Shown here: in pieces, positions 7,705 through 16,924 of the stretch
Numbering within the stretch: the first letter of the stretch is position 1
How the letters are laid out: each line of letters starts with the position of its first letter
NCBI GenBank assembly: GCA_040220235.1
Contig: JAVJTO010000065.1
From: Coleofasciculus sp. B1-GNL1-01
GTDB lineage: Bacteria; Cyanobacteriota; Cyanobacteriia; Cyanobacteriales; Coleofasciculaceae
DNA length: 18,329 bases
Direction: 5' to 3' (one strand)
The notes under the pieces: generated by a model
What the model saw: the letters and a program-made list of their open reading frames with translations, nothing else
Databases searched by the model: none
What the model was told of the DNA's origin: nothing
Program-made: the position numbers and the translations under genes

Positions 7705-9849
7705 GTGTTTTCTAATCTTTATAACGCTTTTCAATCGATCCAAGCTTGGATCAAGTATCCCCCAAGGCAAGCAGCACTAACCCAAAAAATCGTCGATCGC
7801 ATCCGTAATTCCCTGGAATTGCAAGTTGTTGTGCAAACAGCCGTAGACGAAATTGCGGCGTTGCTTCGACTTGATTGTTGTAGTTTTTTCTGGTACTGGG
7901 AAGAACGGGGACAAGTTGAGATTGTCTGCGAACGCCGTCAGCATGAGCATCAGCCCTCGTATTTGGGAGAGTATCCCCTAGAATGTTTTGGTACGATGGC
8001 AAGGGCGATCGCCGAAGGGAAACAGATTGTCAATCGTGGCACAGCGCACTTGACACCCACAGGATTACGGTGGAGAATTCAACAGCTTTTACAGAAATCC
8101 TCTGCCAATCCCCCATCACTCATTCCCAATCCCTCCCTCTGGGACTATAAAGCCAGCTTATTGATTCCCGTCACAGGTAAAGAAAACGGAATTGGGTTTA
8201 TTGCTTGTCTTTGTGAGCAACCTCGGTTTTGGGCAACTCCAGAAATTCAATTTTTAGAGTCGATCGCGGAATCCTTAGAAATTGGTATCCGTCAGGCTCA
8301 ACTCTATGAACAAACCCAGAACCAAGCCATTCGTGAGCAACTCGTTAATCATATTACCAGCCAAACTCGCCAAAGTTTTGATCCCCAGACCATATTAACC
8401 GAAGCGATTAGCCATCTGTGTTCAGCGTTGGAAGTGGATCGATGTTTGGTGCATTTAGTCGAGGATTACCAAACTTCAGATCTGCCAGCCGTCAACTCAG
8501 ACACCGCCGCTACCTGTAATGGTGAGTCATTAAACCGGGATCATCTCTATGAGGTGTATCGCCAACCCTTTACCCCTTGTAAAGACACATTTAATTCCCA
8601 AGGACCAATTACGCAGTGGATTATTCAGCACCGACGGGCGGTAGTGATTCCCGACGTAACCCAAGATGAACGGATTGATACCAACAACGAAGAATACCAG
8701 TCTGCCCACATCAAATCCTCGTTAGTGGTTCCAGTGCAAGCCCATGGTAAACTCTATGCCATTTTGTACCTCAATCAATGCGCTTACATTCGCTATTGGT
8801 CAAAACACGATCAAGAACTGGCACAAGCTGTCGCCGATCAGCTCGCGATTTCCCTGCAACAGGCATATTTATATACCCGCACCCAGCAACAAGCGGCACA
8901 TAATGCTATGCAAGCCCAAAAACTAGCAGAAATGATTGAAGAACTGCGGCTGACCCAAGTCCAACTGATTCAAAGTGAAAAAATGTCCAGTTTAGGCAGA
9001 ATGGTAGCTGGGGTGGCTCATGAAATCAATAATCCCATTAGTTTCATCTATGGCAATATTCCTTACTTAGAAAATTATGTCAATGACTTGCTGCGTTTAG
9101 TGCAAGCCTACCAAACTGAATATCCCAACCCCTCACCGAGGCTGGAAAATATCTTGGAGGAGGTAGAAATTGAATTTTTAAGCAAGGACTTACCAAAAAT
9201 TTTGCAATCCATGCAATCAGGCACCCGGCGAATTCAGGAAATCGTCCAGTTATTGCAGAGATTTTCGCGGCACAACGAAGCCTCCTTGAAACTGATTGAT
9301 ATCAACGTGGCATTGGAAAATACGTTATTAATCCTGCACAACCAATGCATCAATACGATTACCATAGAACGGCATTACGATAACCTCCCTCATGTCGAAT
9401 GTTACCCTAAGCCGATCAATCAAGTATTTCTCAATCTTCTGACGAATGCCATTGAAGCACTCAATCGTTCACCCAATTCTGATAAAATGATTACCCTGCG
9501 AACGCAATGGAAACCGAGCATCCATTCCTCGGATGAGGATCGGGTAGAAATTAGTATCGCTGACAATGGTGTAGGCATTAATCCAGAGGTTCTCTCAAGT
9601 ATCTTTGAGCCATTTTTCACAACCAAAGCTGTTGGAGAAGGTCGAGGTTTGGGTTTAACCGTGACCTATCAAACCATTGTTAATCAACACCAGGGGCAAC
9701 TAGACGTGCGATCGCAACCGGGTCAAGGGACTGAGTTTATTTTGCAAATCCCAGTGCGCCATCATCATGCCCTAAAATCGAGTCCCTCGTCCTCTCAATC
9801 CCCCACTCCTGCTTCTGACTTGTCACGGGAAGTCGCTAAACCAAGTTGA
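7705..9849 (+). CDS. Soluble GAF-GAF sensor histidine kinase
   Basis: Two GAF domains, EKMSSLGRMVAGVAHEINNP H-box, NQVFLNLLTNA N-box, DNGVGI, FEPFFTTK, GLGL. GTG 7705 has an AAGGA RBS; TTG 7687 is the alternative. Confidence 0.93.
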   Translation: MFSNLYNAFQSIQAWIKYPPRQAALTQKIVDRIRNSLELQVVVQTAVDEIAALLRLDCCSFFWYWEERGQVEIVCERRQHEHQPSYLGEYPLECFGTMARAIAEGKQIVNRGTAHLTPTGLRWRIQQLLQKSSANPPSLIPNPSLWDYKASLLIPVTGKENGIGFIACLCEQPRFWATPEIQFLESIAESLEIGIRQAQLYEQTQNQAIREQLVNHITSQTRQSFDPQTILTEAISHLCSALEVDRCLVHLVEDYQTSDLPAVNSDTAATCNGESLNRDHLYEVYRQPFTPCKDTFNSQGPITQWIIQHRRAVVIPDVTQDERIDTNNEEYQSAHIKSSLVVPVQAHGKLYAILYLNQCAYIRYWSKHDQELAQAVADQLAISLQQAYLYTRTQQQAAHNAMQAQKLAEMIEELRLTQVQLIQSEKMSSLGRMVAGVAHEINNPISFIYGNIPYLENYVNDLLRLVQAYQTEYPNPSPRLENILEEVEIEFLSKDLPKILQSMQSGTRRIQEIVQLLQRFSRHNEASLKLIDINVALENTLLILHNQCINTITIERHYDNLPHVECYPKPINQVFLNLLTNAIEALNRSPNSDKMITLRTQWKPSIHSSDEDRVEISIADNGVGINPEVLSSIFEPFFTTKAVGEGRGLGLTVTYQTIVNQHQGQLDVRSQPGQGTEFILQIPVRHHHALKSSPSSSQSPTPASDLSREVAKPS

Positions 9850-9851
9850 CA

Positions 9852-9910
9852 GGGGAGATAGGGGAGATGGGGGAGATGGGGGAGATAGGGAAGATGGGGA
9901 GATGGGGAAG
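9852..9910 (+). repeat. G-rich tandem (GGGGAGATG/A-like, 8-9 nt units)
   Basis: Directly visible after the kinase stop codon. Confidence 0.9.
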
Positions 9911-10067
9911 AATTTTCTCAGTCAATGGTTAACAGCCAACACTCTTGCACTCAAAACTCGGTAGGGGCGAGTCTAGTCACATCCTTTGTCAGGTAAGACA
10001 TGATAATAGTCAAACTTGCTCCTACACAAAACTAAAAACTCAAAATGCAAATATCTGCCAAACGCTT

Positions 10068-10583
10068 ATGAATGCTGTCTCTCGTTCTGTTCCAATTCAA
10101 CGTCATCCTTCTCGCCAAGTTCCGGTTTCCTCGAGAAGGCGGTCATCTCGATCAAGCCCTGTGTCCCCCTTGGCGTCTAGAACCAGTCGCCAAAAGGTAG
10201 AAAGGCTTGACACCTCACGAGAACGAACTCCTGGCTGGTTGCGATCGCTGATGATTCTGCAACGCGGTTCGGATGTGATCACGCTGATCCTGGGTATTGT
10301 GACACTAACCATTTATTCCTGGACTGTATATACCCAGCAGCAGTGGACGCAAGAATACCGAAAATTGGGAACGCTCCAGCGGAATGAGCGTGATCTGACA
10401 ACAACGAATGAAATCATCAAAGATCAACTCGCTCAACAAGCGGAACGCCCTGCCACAGGTTTGGTAACACCTACTACTGCCAATACCCTTTTGCTCTCTC
10501 CCGCACCTCAGCGCCAATTCCAGGAATCTCCGAATCAGACGCCTAACCAAGAAACCCTGGCAAAGACTCCTTTGGGATACTAA
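10068..10583 (+). CDS. FtsL-like cell division protein
   Basis: Basic cytoplasmic N-terminus, one TM helix, coiled coil (YSWTVYTQQQW..EYRKL..LQRNER), TPLGY end; directly upstream of ftsI. Confidence 0.75.
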   Translation: MNAVSRSVPIQRHPSRQVPVSSRRRSSRSSPVSPLASRTSRQKVERLDTSRERTPGWLRSLMILQRGSDVITLILGIVTLTIYSWTVYTQQQWTQEYRKLGTLQRNERDLTTTNEIIKDQLAQQAERPATGLVTPTTANTLLLSPAPQRQFQESPNQTPNQETLAKTPLGY

Positions 10584-10599
10584 GGTAACAGACAGAAGA

Positions 10600-10672
10600 A
10601 GCTGGGGGAGCTGGGGGAGCTAGGGGAGCAATGTAGAGACGTGCCATGGCGCGTCTGGAAGCTAGGGGAGCA
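10600..10672 (+). repeat. Nonamer tandem (GCTGGGGGA) interrupted by a GTAG REP (10633-10656)
   Basis: GCTGGGGGA, GCTGGGGGA, GCTAGGGGA, then GTAGAGACGTGCCATGGCGCGTCT, then GCTAGGGGA. Confidence 0.85.
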
Positions 10673-10791
10673 GAGAAAGAAACGATTTAATTAAAGCTTA
10701 TCCCAACCCGATTGGGAGTAGAAGAGTAGAGGGGCAGAGGAGACTATTGCGCCCAGCGAATCGGTGACGTCGTAGAGGTTACTTGGGCAGG

Positions 10792-12549
10792 ATGAATGAT
10801 CGAATGCAAAACTCAAAACTCAAAACTCAAAACTCAACACATTTTCAACGCCCTGGGTTTAGATTGCTGTTAATTTGGGTAATCATGATGGCAGGGAGTT
10901 TTGGGCTTTTATTCAATTTATATCGACTGCAAGTCGTCATCTCGCCTAGCTTGGAAGAAAAAGCAAGGCAACAGCAGATGATTTATATGCGCCCGTTTAT
11001 TCCGCGTCGTCCAATAGTTGACCGTAATGGTAATGTTTTGGCGGTGGATCGGCGAGTCTATACCCTTTACGTTCATCCCAAACTGTTTAAGCTATCCAAA
11101 GCCAATATAGCGACTCAGCTAGCGCCAATTCTGGACAAGTCGTCTACTGACTTGGAAACGCTATTTAATAAAAGAAATACAGGGATTCAAGTTAGCGGAT
11201 CATTAACCGAAGATATAGCGAACAAAATTGCTCAATTAAGTTTGGATGGGATCGAACTGATTCCCAAATATTCTCGCCTTTATCCTCAGCAAGAGTTAGC
11301 CGCCGATGTGGTTGGGTACGTCAATGTTGATCATCAGGGTCAGGCAGGAATTGAGTATTCTCAGGAAAAATTATTAGAACGAGAAATTCGCACGCTGCGA
11401 ATGAGTCGGGCAGGTAATGGTACATTGATGCCGGATCATATTCCAGAAGGGTTTCTCCACTCAGATGATCTGCGGTTGCAACTAACTCTAGATAGTCGCT
11501 TACAACGTGCGGCACGTTCTGCCCTTAAGCAAAAAATTAAGGAATTTAATGCCAAACGAGGTACTGTAATTGTTATGGATGCCTTGGATGGTTCCTTGTT
11601 GGTGTTAGTCTCAGAACCAACCTATAACCCGAATCAATATTCGACCTCTGACATTAGTTTGTTTAAAAATTGGGCATTGGCAGACTTGTATGAACCGGGT
11701 TCCACATTTAAGCCTTTGAATGTAGCGATCGCGCTGGAATCTGGGATAGTTCGTCCTGATAGTTTATTTAATGATACGGGTTCGATTCAGATCGGTCGGT
11801 GGCCCATTGCCAACTATGACAAAAAAGCCCATGGCATGATCAATCCGGCACAAATCCTGCAATATTCCAGTAACGTGGGCATGGTGCGGATGATGCAGCA
11901 AATGCAGCCCGAGGTTTACTATGGTTGGCTAGAACGATTGGGATTGGGGCAGAGACTGGAAACAGATTTACCCTTTGAAACCGCCGGACAGCTCAAAAAT
12001 CAACGAAAGTTTACCAGTTCCCCCATCGAACCTGCAACAACAGCATTTGGTCAAGGCTTTTCCCTAACGCCGCTTCAGCTTGCTCAACTCCATGCTACGT
12101 TAGCCAATGGGGGTAAGTTAGTTATGCCTTATATGGTACAAGGACTTTTTGATAGTCAAGGTCAGCTATATTGGCAACCACGCCTGAGTGCGCCCCGTCC
12201 CATCTTCTCACCAGAAACCAGTCAGAAGGTTCTGGAAATGATGGAAACTGTGGTTAGCCAAGGAACAGGAAAAACGGCTCAAATTTCAGGGTATCGAGTG
12301 GCGGGGAAAACAGGAACGGCTCAGAAAGCTAGTCCCACGGGGGGGTATTTTACCAATGCCACAATTACCAGCTTTGTGGGCATTTTAAGTGTGGATTCTC
12401 CCCGTTATGTGGTAATAGCGGTGGTGGATGAACCGAAGGGAAATGCTTTTGGTTCTACAGTTGCAGCACCGATTGTTAAGTCAGTCATGGAAGCGTTAAT
12501 CGCGATCGAGCAGATTCCGCCAAGTCAGCCAAAAGTAGCGACAGAATGA
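10792..12549 (+). CDS. ftsI: Class B penicillin-binding protein (FtsI/PBP3-like)
   Basis: N-terminal TM, RRPIVDRNG, R.YP, STFK (SxxK), SSN (SxN), KTGT. The start is uncertain (10792 or 10804). Confidence 0.93.
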   Translation: MNDRMQNSKLKTQNSTHFQRPGFRLLLIWVIMMAGSFGLLFNLYRLQVVISPSLEEKARQQQMIYMRPFIPRRPIVDRNGNVLAVDRRVYTLYVHPKLFKLSKANIATQLAPILDKSSTDLETLFNKRNTGIQVSGSLTEDIANKIAQLSLDGIELIPKYSRLYPQQELAADVVGYVNVDHQGQAGIEYSQEKLLEREIRTLRMSRAGNGTLMPDHIPEGFLHSDDLRLQLTLDSRLQRAARSALKQKIKEFNAKRGTVIVMDALDGSLLVLVSEPTYNPNQYSTSDISLFKNWALADLYEPGSTFKPLNVAIALESGIVRPDSLFNDTGSIQIGRWPIANYDKKAHGMINPAQILQYSSNVGMVRMMQQMQPEVYYGWLERLGLGQRLETDLPFETAGQLKNQRKFTSSPIEPATTAFGQGFSLTPLQLAQLHATLANGGKLVMPYMVQGLFDSQGQLYWQPRLSAPRPIFSPETSQKVLEMMETVVSQGTGKTAQISGYRVAGKTGTAQKASPTGGYFTNATITSFVGILSVDSPRYVVIAVVDEPKGNAFGSTVAAPIVKSVMEALIAIEQIPPSQPKVATE

Positions 12550-12573
12550 CCGTCATTTTCCTCACCGTTCGCT

Positions 12574-12599
12574 CATTTGGGTAACTCAGTAGCCAAATG
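12574..12599. terminator. Hairpin between convergent ftsI and DUF2993 genes
   Basis: CATTTGG...CCAAATG inverted repeat with no adjacent strong U-tract. Confidence 0.35.
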
Positions 12600-12647
12600 C
12601 CACACACCCAGTCGCTTTTTTAGCCTTCAGCGTCATTCCCTTCAGCG

Positions 12648-13388
12648 TCATACGGATGGAAATTGGGTCACATGCGCTACGGCTTGCAGGGTGAGTTTAC
12701 CTTCTTTCACCTCCAGATGATGCATACGTAGCGATATCCCTGGCATTTCAAAGTGACTCAAGTGTAAAATTTTACCCGCCTTGGCGACTAAGGCTTGAGT
12801 GAGTTCGGGTGAGAGTTCTTTTCCGTGGGCGTATTCAACCTTCTCTAGAACAACGCTGCGTCCGTCATCACTTACTCTCGGAGTCGTGGTGAACGAGACT
12901 CGTTGTGTTTCATTACTTTGACCTAGCTGAACATCAGCATCAAGACCAACTCGACCTTCGGCTAATAGGCGGCAATTTACCTGCTTGACGTTGAGCGTTT
13001 GTGGCTTACCGTCCACCTGAACCTGGAGTGAGCGAAGCTGAGTCCCTAACACATCGGAGTTGAAGGCACGGTTGAGGTCAGATTGGGCAATCACTATCCG
13101 TGCTGTTCCTTCCGTCGGTTGGGTCAGTACAATATTACCCGTTAAAGCTTTGAAAGGAGCAACCGCAATGGTTTCTAGCCGAATCGCCATCTCTTGTAGA
13201 CGGATATCGTGTTCCATGATTAACCCCTCACCGTAAATGGCTAGGGATTCTAACTGACCCTTGGCTAGCAGGGAGGGGTCTGTTTTCACTCGCACATTAA
13301 GTTTTCTAGCATCATCGAGTTGGCTGGACAGCGCCAACGTCGCAATTCTGTTTAATGTTTCTTCTCCAAGGCGGTCTAGGGTTAGCAC
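12648..13388 (-). CDS. DUF2993 / LmeA-like protein
   Basis: Cyanobacterial DUF2993 pattern (V..KTDP..L..G..ES..I.G.G; L.QPTEGTARIV....DLNRAFNS). AAGGAG RBS before the GTG. Confidence 0.8.
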   Translation of the reverse strand: MLTLDRLGEETLNRIATLALSSQLDDARKLNVRVKTDPSLLAKGQLESLAIYGEGLIMEHDIRLQEMAIRLETIAVAPFKALTGNIVLTQPTEGTARIVIAQSDLNRAFNSDVLGTQLRSLQVQVDGKPQTLNVKQVNCRLLAEGRVGLDADVQLGQSNETQRVSFTTTPRVSDDGRSVVLEKVEYAHGKELSPELTQALVAKAGKILHLSHFEMPGISLRMHHLEVKEGKLTLQAVAHVTQFPSV

Positions 13389-13592
13389 GCGATCGCTCCT
13401 TTATATCAGCCGTGTATCCTCTCATTATATTAAGAAACGTTAATTTATGGATCTACTCTGGGTTAGAAACCCAGGCAGAAATAACTAAACCCATTAACAC
13501 GCTTACGCAAAAGCAGCTACCATAAGCCAAAAAGCCTTCAGCCCTCTGCCCTCGGACTTGGAGCCTTCTTGTACTAGCTCACCAGAAAATGC

Positions 13593-14927
13593 ATGGAAAA
13601 AGAACAACTACAAAATCTTGACCAGCTTGGGATTCAATTTGTCCGCATTCTCTGGTGCGACAATGCCAATATTATCCGGGGCAAGGCAGTCCACCGGAAA
13701 ACCCTATCAGAGTACCTCACCCATGGTGTGGGTATTTCTGCGGCTCAACAAGCCGTTCCGGTCATGTATGATGCGCCTGTGGCTGGGAGTGGGTTTGGAC
13801 CCGTGGGTGAAATTCGCCTCGTGCCAGACTGGAGTACGCTGAACCCTTTACCTTATTGCCCAGGTCATGCCCGTGTCATGGGCGATATGATCCTCAATGG
13901 TGTGCCTTGGAATCTTTGTCCCCGTCATTTCCTCAAACGCATGGTTGCAGAGGCGAACCAAGAAGGGTTAGAGGTTATTACCGCCTTTGAGAATGAGTTC
14001 TATCTGTTGCAGCGCACGGCTGAGGGTATTGCACCTGCGGATGAAACCGTATTTGCCTCAACGATGGCGATGGATTTGCATCAAGGACTCATTGATCAGA
14101 TGGCGGAAGCGTTAATCGAGCAGGGAATGCTAGTTGAGCAATATTATCCCGAATCCGGTTCCGGTCAGCAGGAAATCTCCATCCTCTACACCAACGCCCT
14201 CAGTGCGGCAGATCAACAGATTGCCTTCCGGGAAACGATTAAAGCGATCGCACTCCAACATTATCGTATCGCCTCATTCTTACCGAAAATCTTTGCCAAT
14301 CAAGCGGGTAGCGGTTGTCACCTACACCTGAGTCTCTGGCGAGAGGGCGAAAATCTCATCCCCCATCCAGAGGGAAATGGCGAACTGTCCGATATTGCGC
14401 GTCATTTTATCGCCGGAATTCTCCACCACCTACCTGCTTTGATGGCACTGACAACACCCACGACTAATTCGTACCGCCGCCTGTTACCCCAGTGTTGGAG
14501 TGGGGCATTCCGGTGTTGGGGATTGGATAATCGGGAAGCGGCTGTGCGTGTCCCTACGCATCCTGAACCCCCGAGTCCGTCTCATTTTGAATTCAAAACC
14601 GTGGATGCTACGGCGAATCCCTATTTAGCATTAGGGGCAACGATCGCAGCAGGACTTGATGGTATCCGCCAAGGCTTAGAATTGGCAACACCTGTATCTG
14701 TAGATCCCGGTACGATGACGGATGCTGAACGCCAAGGGGCTAATATTGAACGATTGCCGAGTACCTTAACCGAGTCGATAGAACACCTTAGAAATGACTC
14801 GGTACTCCTGGATGCCTTGGGTGAAGAGTTGGCTCAGGTTTATTTGGCAGTTCGACAAGCCGAGTGGGAGGCGATGAGGGATTTCGATTTGGATGCCGAA
14901 GTCAAACTTTTATTAGAGCGATATTAG
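13593..14927 (+). CDS. Glutamine synthetase family ligase (GlnA-like, probably a gamma-glutamylamine ligase rather than GSI)
   Basis: FENEFYL, E...GQQEI, PK......GSGCHLHLSL, NSYRRL, WG.DNREAAVRVP, E.K..D..ANPYLA. Confidence 0.9.
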   Translation: MEKEQLQNLDQLGIQFVRILWCDNANIIRGKAVHRKTLSEYLTHGVGISAAQQAVPVMYDAPVAGSGFGPVGEIRLVPDWSTLNPLPYCPGHARVMGDMILNGVPWNLCPRHFLKRMVAEANQEGLEVITAFENEFYLLQRTAEGIAPADETVFASTMAMDLHQGLIDQMAEALIEQGMLVEQYYPESGSGQQEISILYTNALSAADQQIAFRETIKAIALQHYRIASFLPKIFANQAGSGCHLHLSLWREGENLIPHPEGNGELSDIARHFIAGILHHLPALMALTTPTTNSYRRLLPQCWSGAFRCWGLDNREAAVRVPTHPEPPSPSHFEFKTVDATANPYLALGATIAAGLDGIRQGLELATPVSVDPGTMTDAERQGANIERLPSTLTESIEHLRNDSVLLDALGEELAQVYLAVRQAEWEAMRDFDLDAEVKLLLERY

Positions 14928-14930
14928 ACC

Positions 14931-14960
14931 TGTAGAGACGTGCCATGGCACGTCTCTACA
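14931..14960. repeat. GTAG-type REP palindrome between convergent genes
   Basis: Perfect 30-nt palindrome TGTAGAGACGTGCCATGGCACGTCTCTACA. Confidence 0.9.
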
Positions 14961-14986
14961 ACATGTATTTTTGTCTATCCAACCGA

Positions 14987-15103
14987 TCAGGATTTATTCA
15001 GAAACGCCTGAATTTGACCAATAGCCGCTGCACCAATATTGAATAAAGCCCAACCTGCGGCTAAGAGGATAGGCAACAAGACAATGAGTAACCGTAAATC
15101 CAT
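14987..15103 (-). CDS. psbY: Photosystem II protein Y (38 aa), not in the ORF track
   Basis: [38 protein letters not shown], the typical PsbY pattern, with a GAGGT RBS; lies next to the gamma-CA gene. Confidence 0.95.
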   Translation of the reverse strand: MDLRLLIVLLPILLAAGWALFNIGAAAIGQIQAFLNKS

Positions 15104-15152
15104 AGTTTCACCTACCTCGCTTAATGCTTAAATTTATGTGAAGGATTCTCAT

Positions 15153-15158
15153 ATTATA
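15153..15158 (-). promoter_or_regulatory. Putative psbY -10 box
   Basis: Perfect TATAAT on the minus strand about 50 nt upstream of the ATG. Confidence 0.45.
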
Positions 15159-15225
15159 GTATTAACCAAATTATGCCCCCAAAAGTCAATAGGTGACAGG
15201 TTTTTTTTCAGAGCCTATCGGCTTC

Positions 15226-15354
15226 TAAGCTGTCATGCATTTAAATTGGGTATTAGCAGCGAGCAAGATGCAAAGCCTGCGGCATGGCTTCGCTAAACGC
15301 ACTACCAGGATGAGAGCCATTCTTGACATTAAGGTTTAAATGCCGAACAGCTTA
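15226..15354. mobile_element. MITE with TA ends (IS630-like), copy 1, carrying a 26-nt insertion
   Basis: TIRs TAAGCTGTCATGCATTTAAA / TTTAAATGCCGAACAGCTTA (17/20); second copy at 17792-17894. Confidence 0.85.
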
Positions 15355-15357
15355 CGT

Positions 15358-15480
15358 CTCCCTATCACCCCATCATCCCATCACCCCATCTTCTGCTCAC
15401 TATTTAGGGCTTGCTGTAAAACTCTAAAACCCTTGCTCCCCCAGCTCCCTCAGCTTCCCCAGCTCCCCCAACTCCTCCCA
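15358..15480 (+). repeat. C-rich octamer (CCCCATCA) and nonamer (CTCCCCCAG) tandems
   Basis: Visible at about 15358-15390 and 15435-15480. Confidence 0.8.
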
Positions 15481-15503
15481 CTACAACACTTATTCAGCAG
15501 ACC

Positions 15504-16058
15504 CTATTCAGGCGCGTGAAATCCCAAGTCTGTGCCTTTTCCGTCATGCACCAGCGCTAGCTTCTGGTAACGCTGTGCGTGTTCGATTAGTTCAGCCGCC
15601 TCGGTTTCTGGAATATCGCGGACTTTTCGCGCCGGAATGCCGACTACCAGCGATAAAGGGGCAACATCTTTGGTCACTAATGCGCCAGCACCGACAATGC
15701 TGCCATATCCGACTCGCACACCGTCTAGAATAATCGCACCAATTCCAATCAGACAGCCGCGTTCAATATGGGCTGAATGGACGACAGCCCGATGTCCAAT
15801 GGTTACATGGTCTTCCAAAATCGTAGGTTTACCTGGATCACCATGTAAAATAGCACCATCCTGAATATTGGTACATTCACCAATCTCAATCCGCTCGACA
15901 TCACCCCGCACCACAGCACCATACCAAATACTCGCTCCTGATGCGATCGCCACCTCACCAATAACCACTGCATTGGGCGCAACAAAGGCGGCTTGAGACT
16001 GATCAACAGCAGACCAATAGGAGGGAGTTGCAGAAAACTGGGGATGAGAGTCAGTCAC
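15504..16058 (-). CDS. Gamma carbonic anhydrase family / hexapeptide-repeat protein
   Basis: Left-handed beta-helix repeats, RGD, NIQD, and three His ligands (LHG, IGH, VHS). Confidence 0.92.
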   Translation of the reverse strand: MTDSHPQFSATPSYWSAVDQSQAAFVAPNAVVIGEVAIASGASIWYGAVVRGDVERIEIGECTNIQDGAILHGDPGKPTILEDHVTIGHRAVVHSAHIERGCLIGIGAIILDGVRVGYGSIVGAGALVTKDVAPLSLVVGIPARKVRDIPETEAAELIEHAQRYQKLALVHDGKGTDLGFHAPE

Positions 16059-16172
16059 GATTGCCTCAAGATACAGATGTGTGTTCGAGCGTATTCTATA
16101 ATTGATGAAACCACATATATATTTATATTAGGTACTAGCGCGATCGCCGAATGACGATACCTTCAACCCTAG

Positions 16173-16682
16173 ATGATTAATCCTAGCTTACAGTACCCCA
16201 TATTCGGTTCAGAGATTCAATGTCCTCATTGTCGGCAGTCTATTCCGGCATTGACATTGACCGATACCTATTTGTGTCCCCGGCATGGCGCTTTCGAGGC
16301 AGACCCCAAAACTGAAGAACTCATCCACTTACAATCGGGGCGTCATTGGCGTCAATGGCAGGGTGAATGGTATCGTCAGCATACTCATCCGGATGGGATT
16401 CGCTTTGAAATTCACGAAGCTCTCGATCGCCTGTACACTCAAGGCTATCGGGCAACACGGGTGATTATTGCCAGTCGCTATCGAGATTTAGTCAGTGCTT
16501 ATCTGGAACGGAGTACCCCCTGGCGGGGACAATCGGAACCAGGGCGTCCGCGACTCTATGGTTTACCTGTGGCATTTAGCCCAGAACCAGAGGATGATCC
16601 CTGTTGGGAAGTGATTAATTTCGATTTGGAAAAAGAGCCAGGAATTCCGGTACGCTATCCTTATTTCCGATTATTTGAGTGA
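16173..16682 (+). CDS. TIGR02652 family conserved cyanobacterial protein
   Basis: CPHC...LTLTDTYLCPRHGAFEA, WYRQHTHPDGIRFEIHEALD. Confidence 0.85.
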   Translation: MINPSLQYPIFGSEIQCPHCRQSIPALTLTDTYLCPRHGAFEADPKTEELIHLQSGRHWRQWQGEWYRQHTHPDGIRFEIHEALDRLYTQGYRATRVIIASRYRDLVSAYLERSTPWRGQSEPGRPRLYGLPVAFSPEPEDDPCWEVINFDLEKEPGIPVRYPYFRLFE

Positions 16683-16683
16683 G

Positions 16684-16720
16684 TGGTCATTGGTCATTTG
16701 TTATTGGTCCTTTGTCATTT
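16684..16720 (+). repeat. STRR heptamer tandem ((T/G)GTCATT variants)
   Basis: About 5 degenerate units after the TIGR02652 stop. Confidence 0.8.
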
Positions 16721-16814
16721 CAGGACTTACGCACAAACGCCATTTATGGTAGGGGCACGGCATTGCCGTGCCCCTACAGGTAGCGCCTGTGCCGTCAAGA
16801 AAACGTAAGTCCTA
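16721..16814. mobile_element. MITE with AGGACTTACG / CGTAAGTCCT TIRs, containing a GTAG REP at 16749-16777
   Basis: Perfect 10-bp TIR (16722-16731 / 16804-16813); internal GTAGGGGCACGGCATTGCCGTGCCCCTAC. Confidence 0.8.
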
Positions 16815-16828
16815 ATTCCTATCATTAA

Positions 16829-16893
16829 GTCGGGGCGGGTTTAGTTAAGTTAGGGGTTTGAGTTAAAGTGTTATTAGTAAAACCCGCCCCTAC
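16829..16893. repeat. Long-loop GTAG-type inverted repeat
   Basis: GTCGGGGCGGGTTT ... AAACCCGCCCCTAC (13/14). Confidence 0.8.
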
Positions 16894-16924
16894 AGAGATC
16901 AACAATTAAAACTATTCGTGAATC

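Noticed and set aside
9945..10067. N-terminal extension of the FtsL-like ORF
   Set aside because: Passes through a half-REP (9961) and CAAAACT repeats; ATG 10068 is more plausible
12624..12651. Direct repeat CCTTCAGCGTCAT x2 at the DUF2993 stop
   Set aside because: Looks like a simple local slippage duplication with no element between the copies
13400..13592. NtcA site upstream of the GS-like gene
   Set aside because: No GTA-N8-TAC match seen
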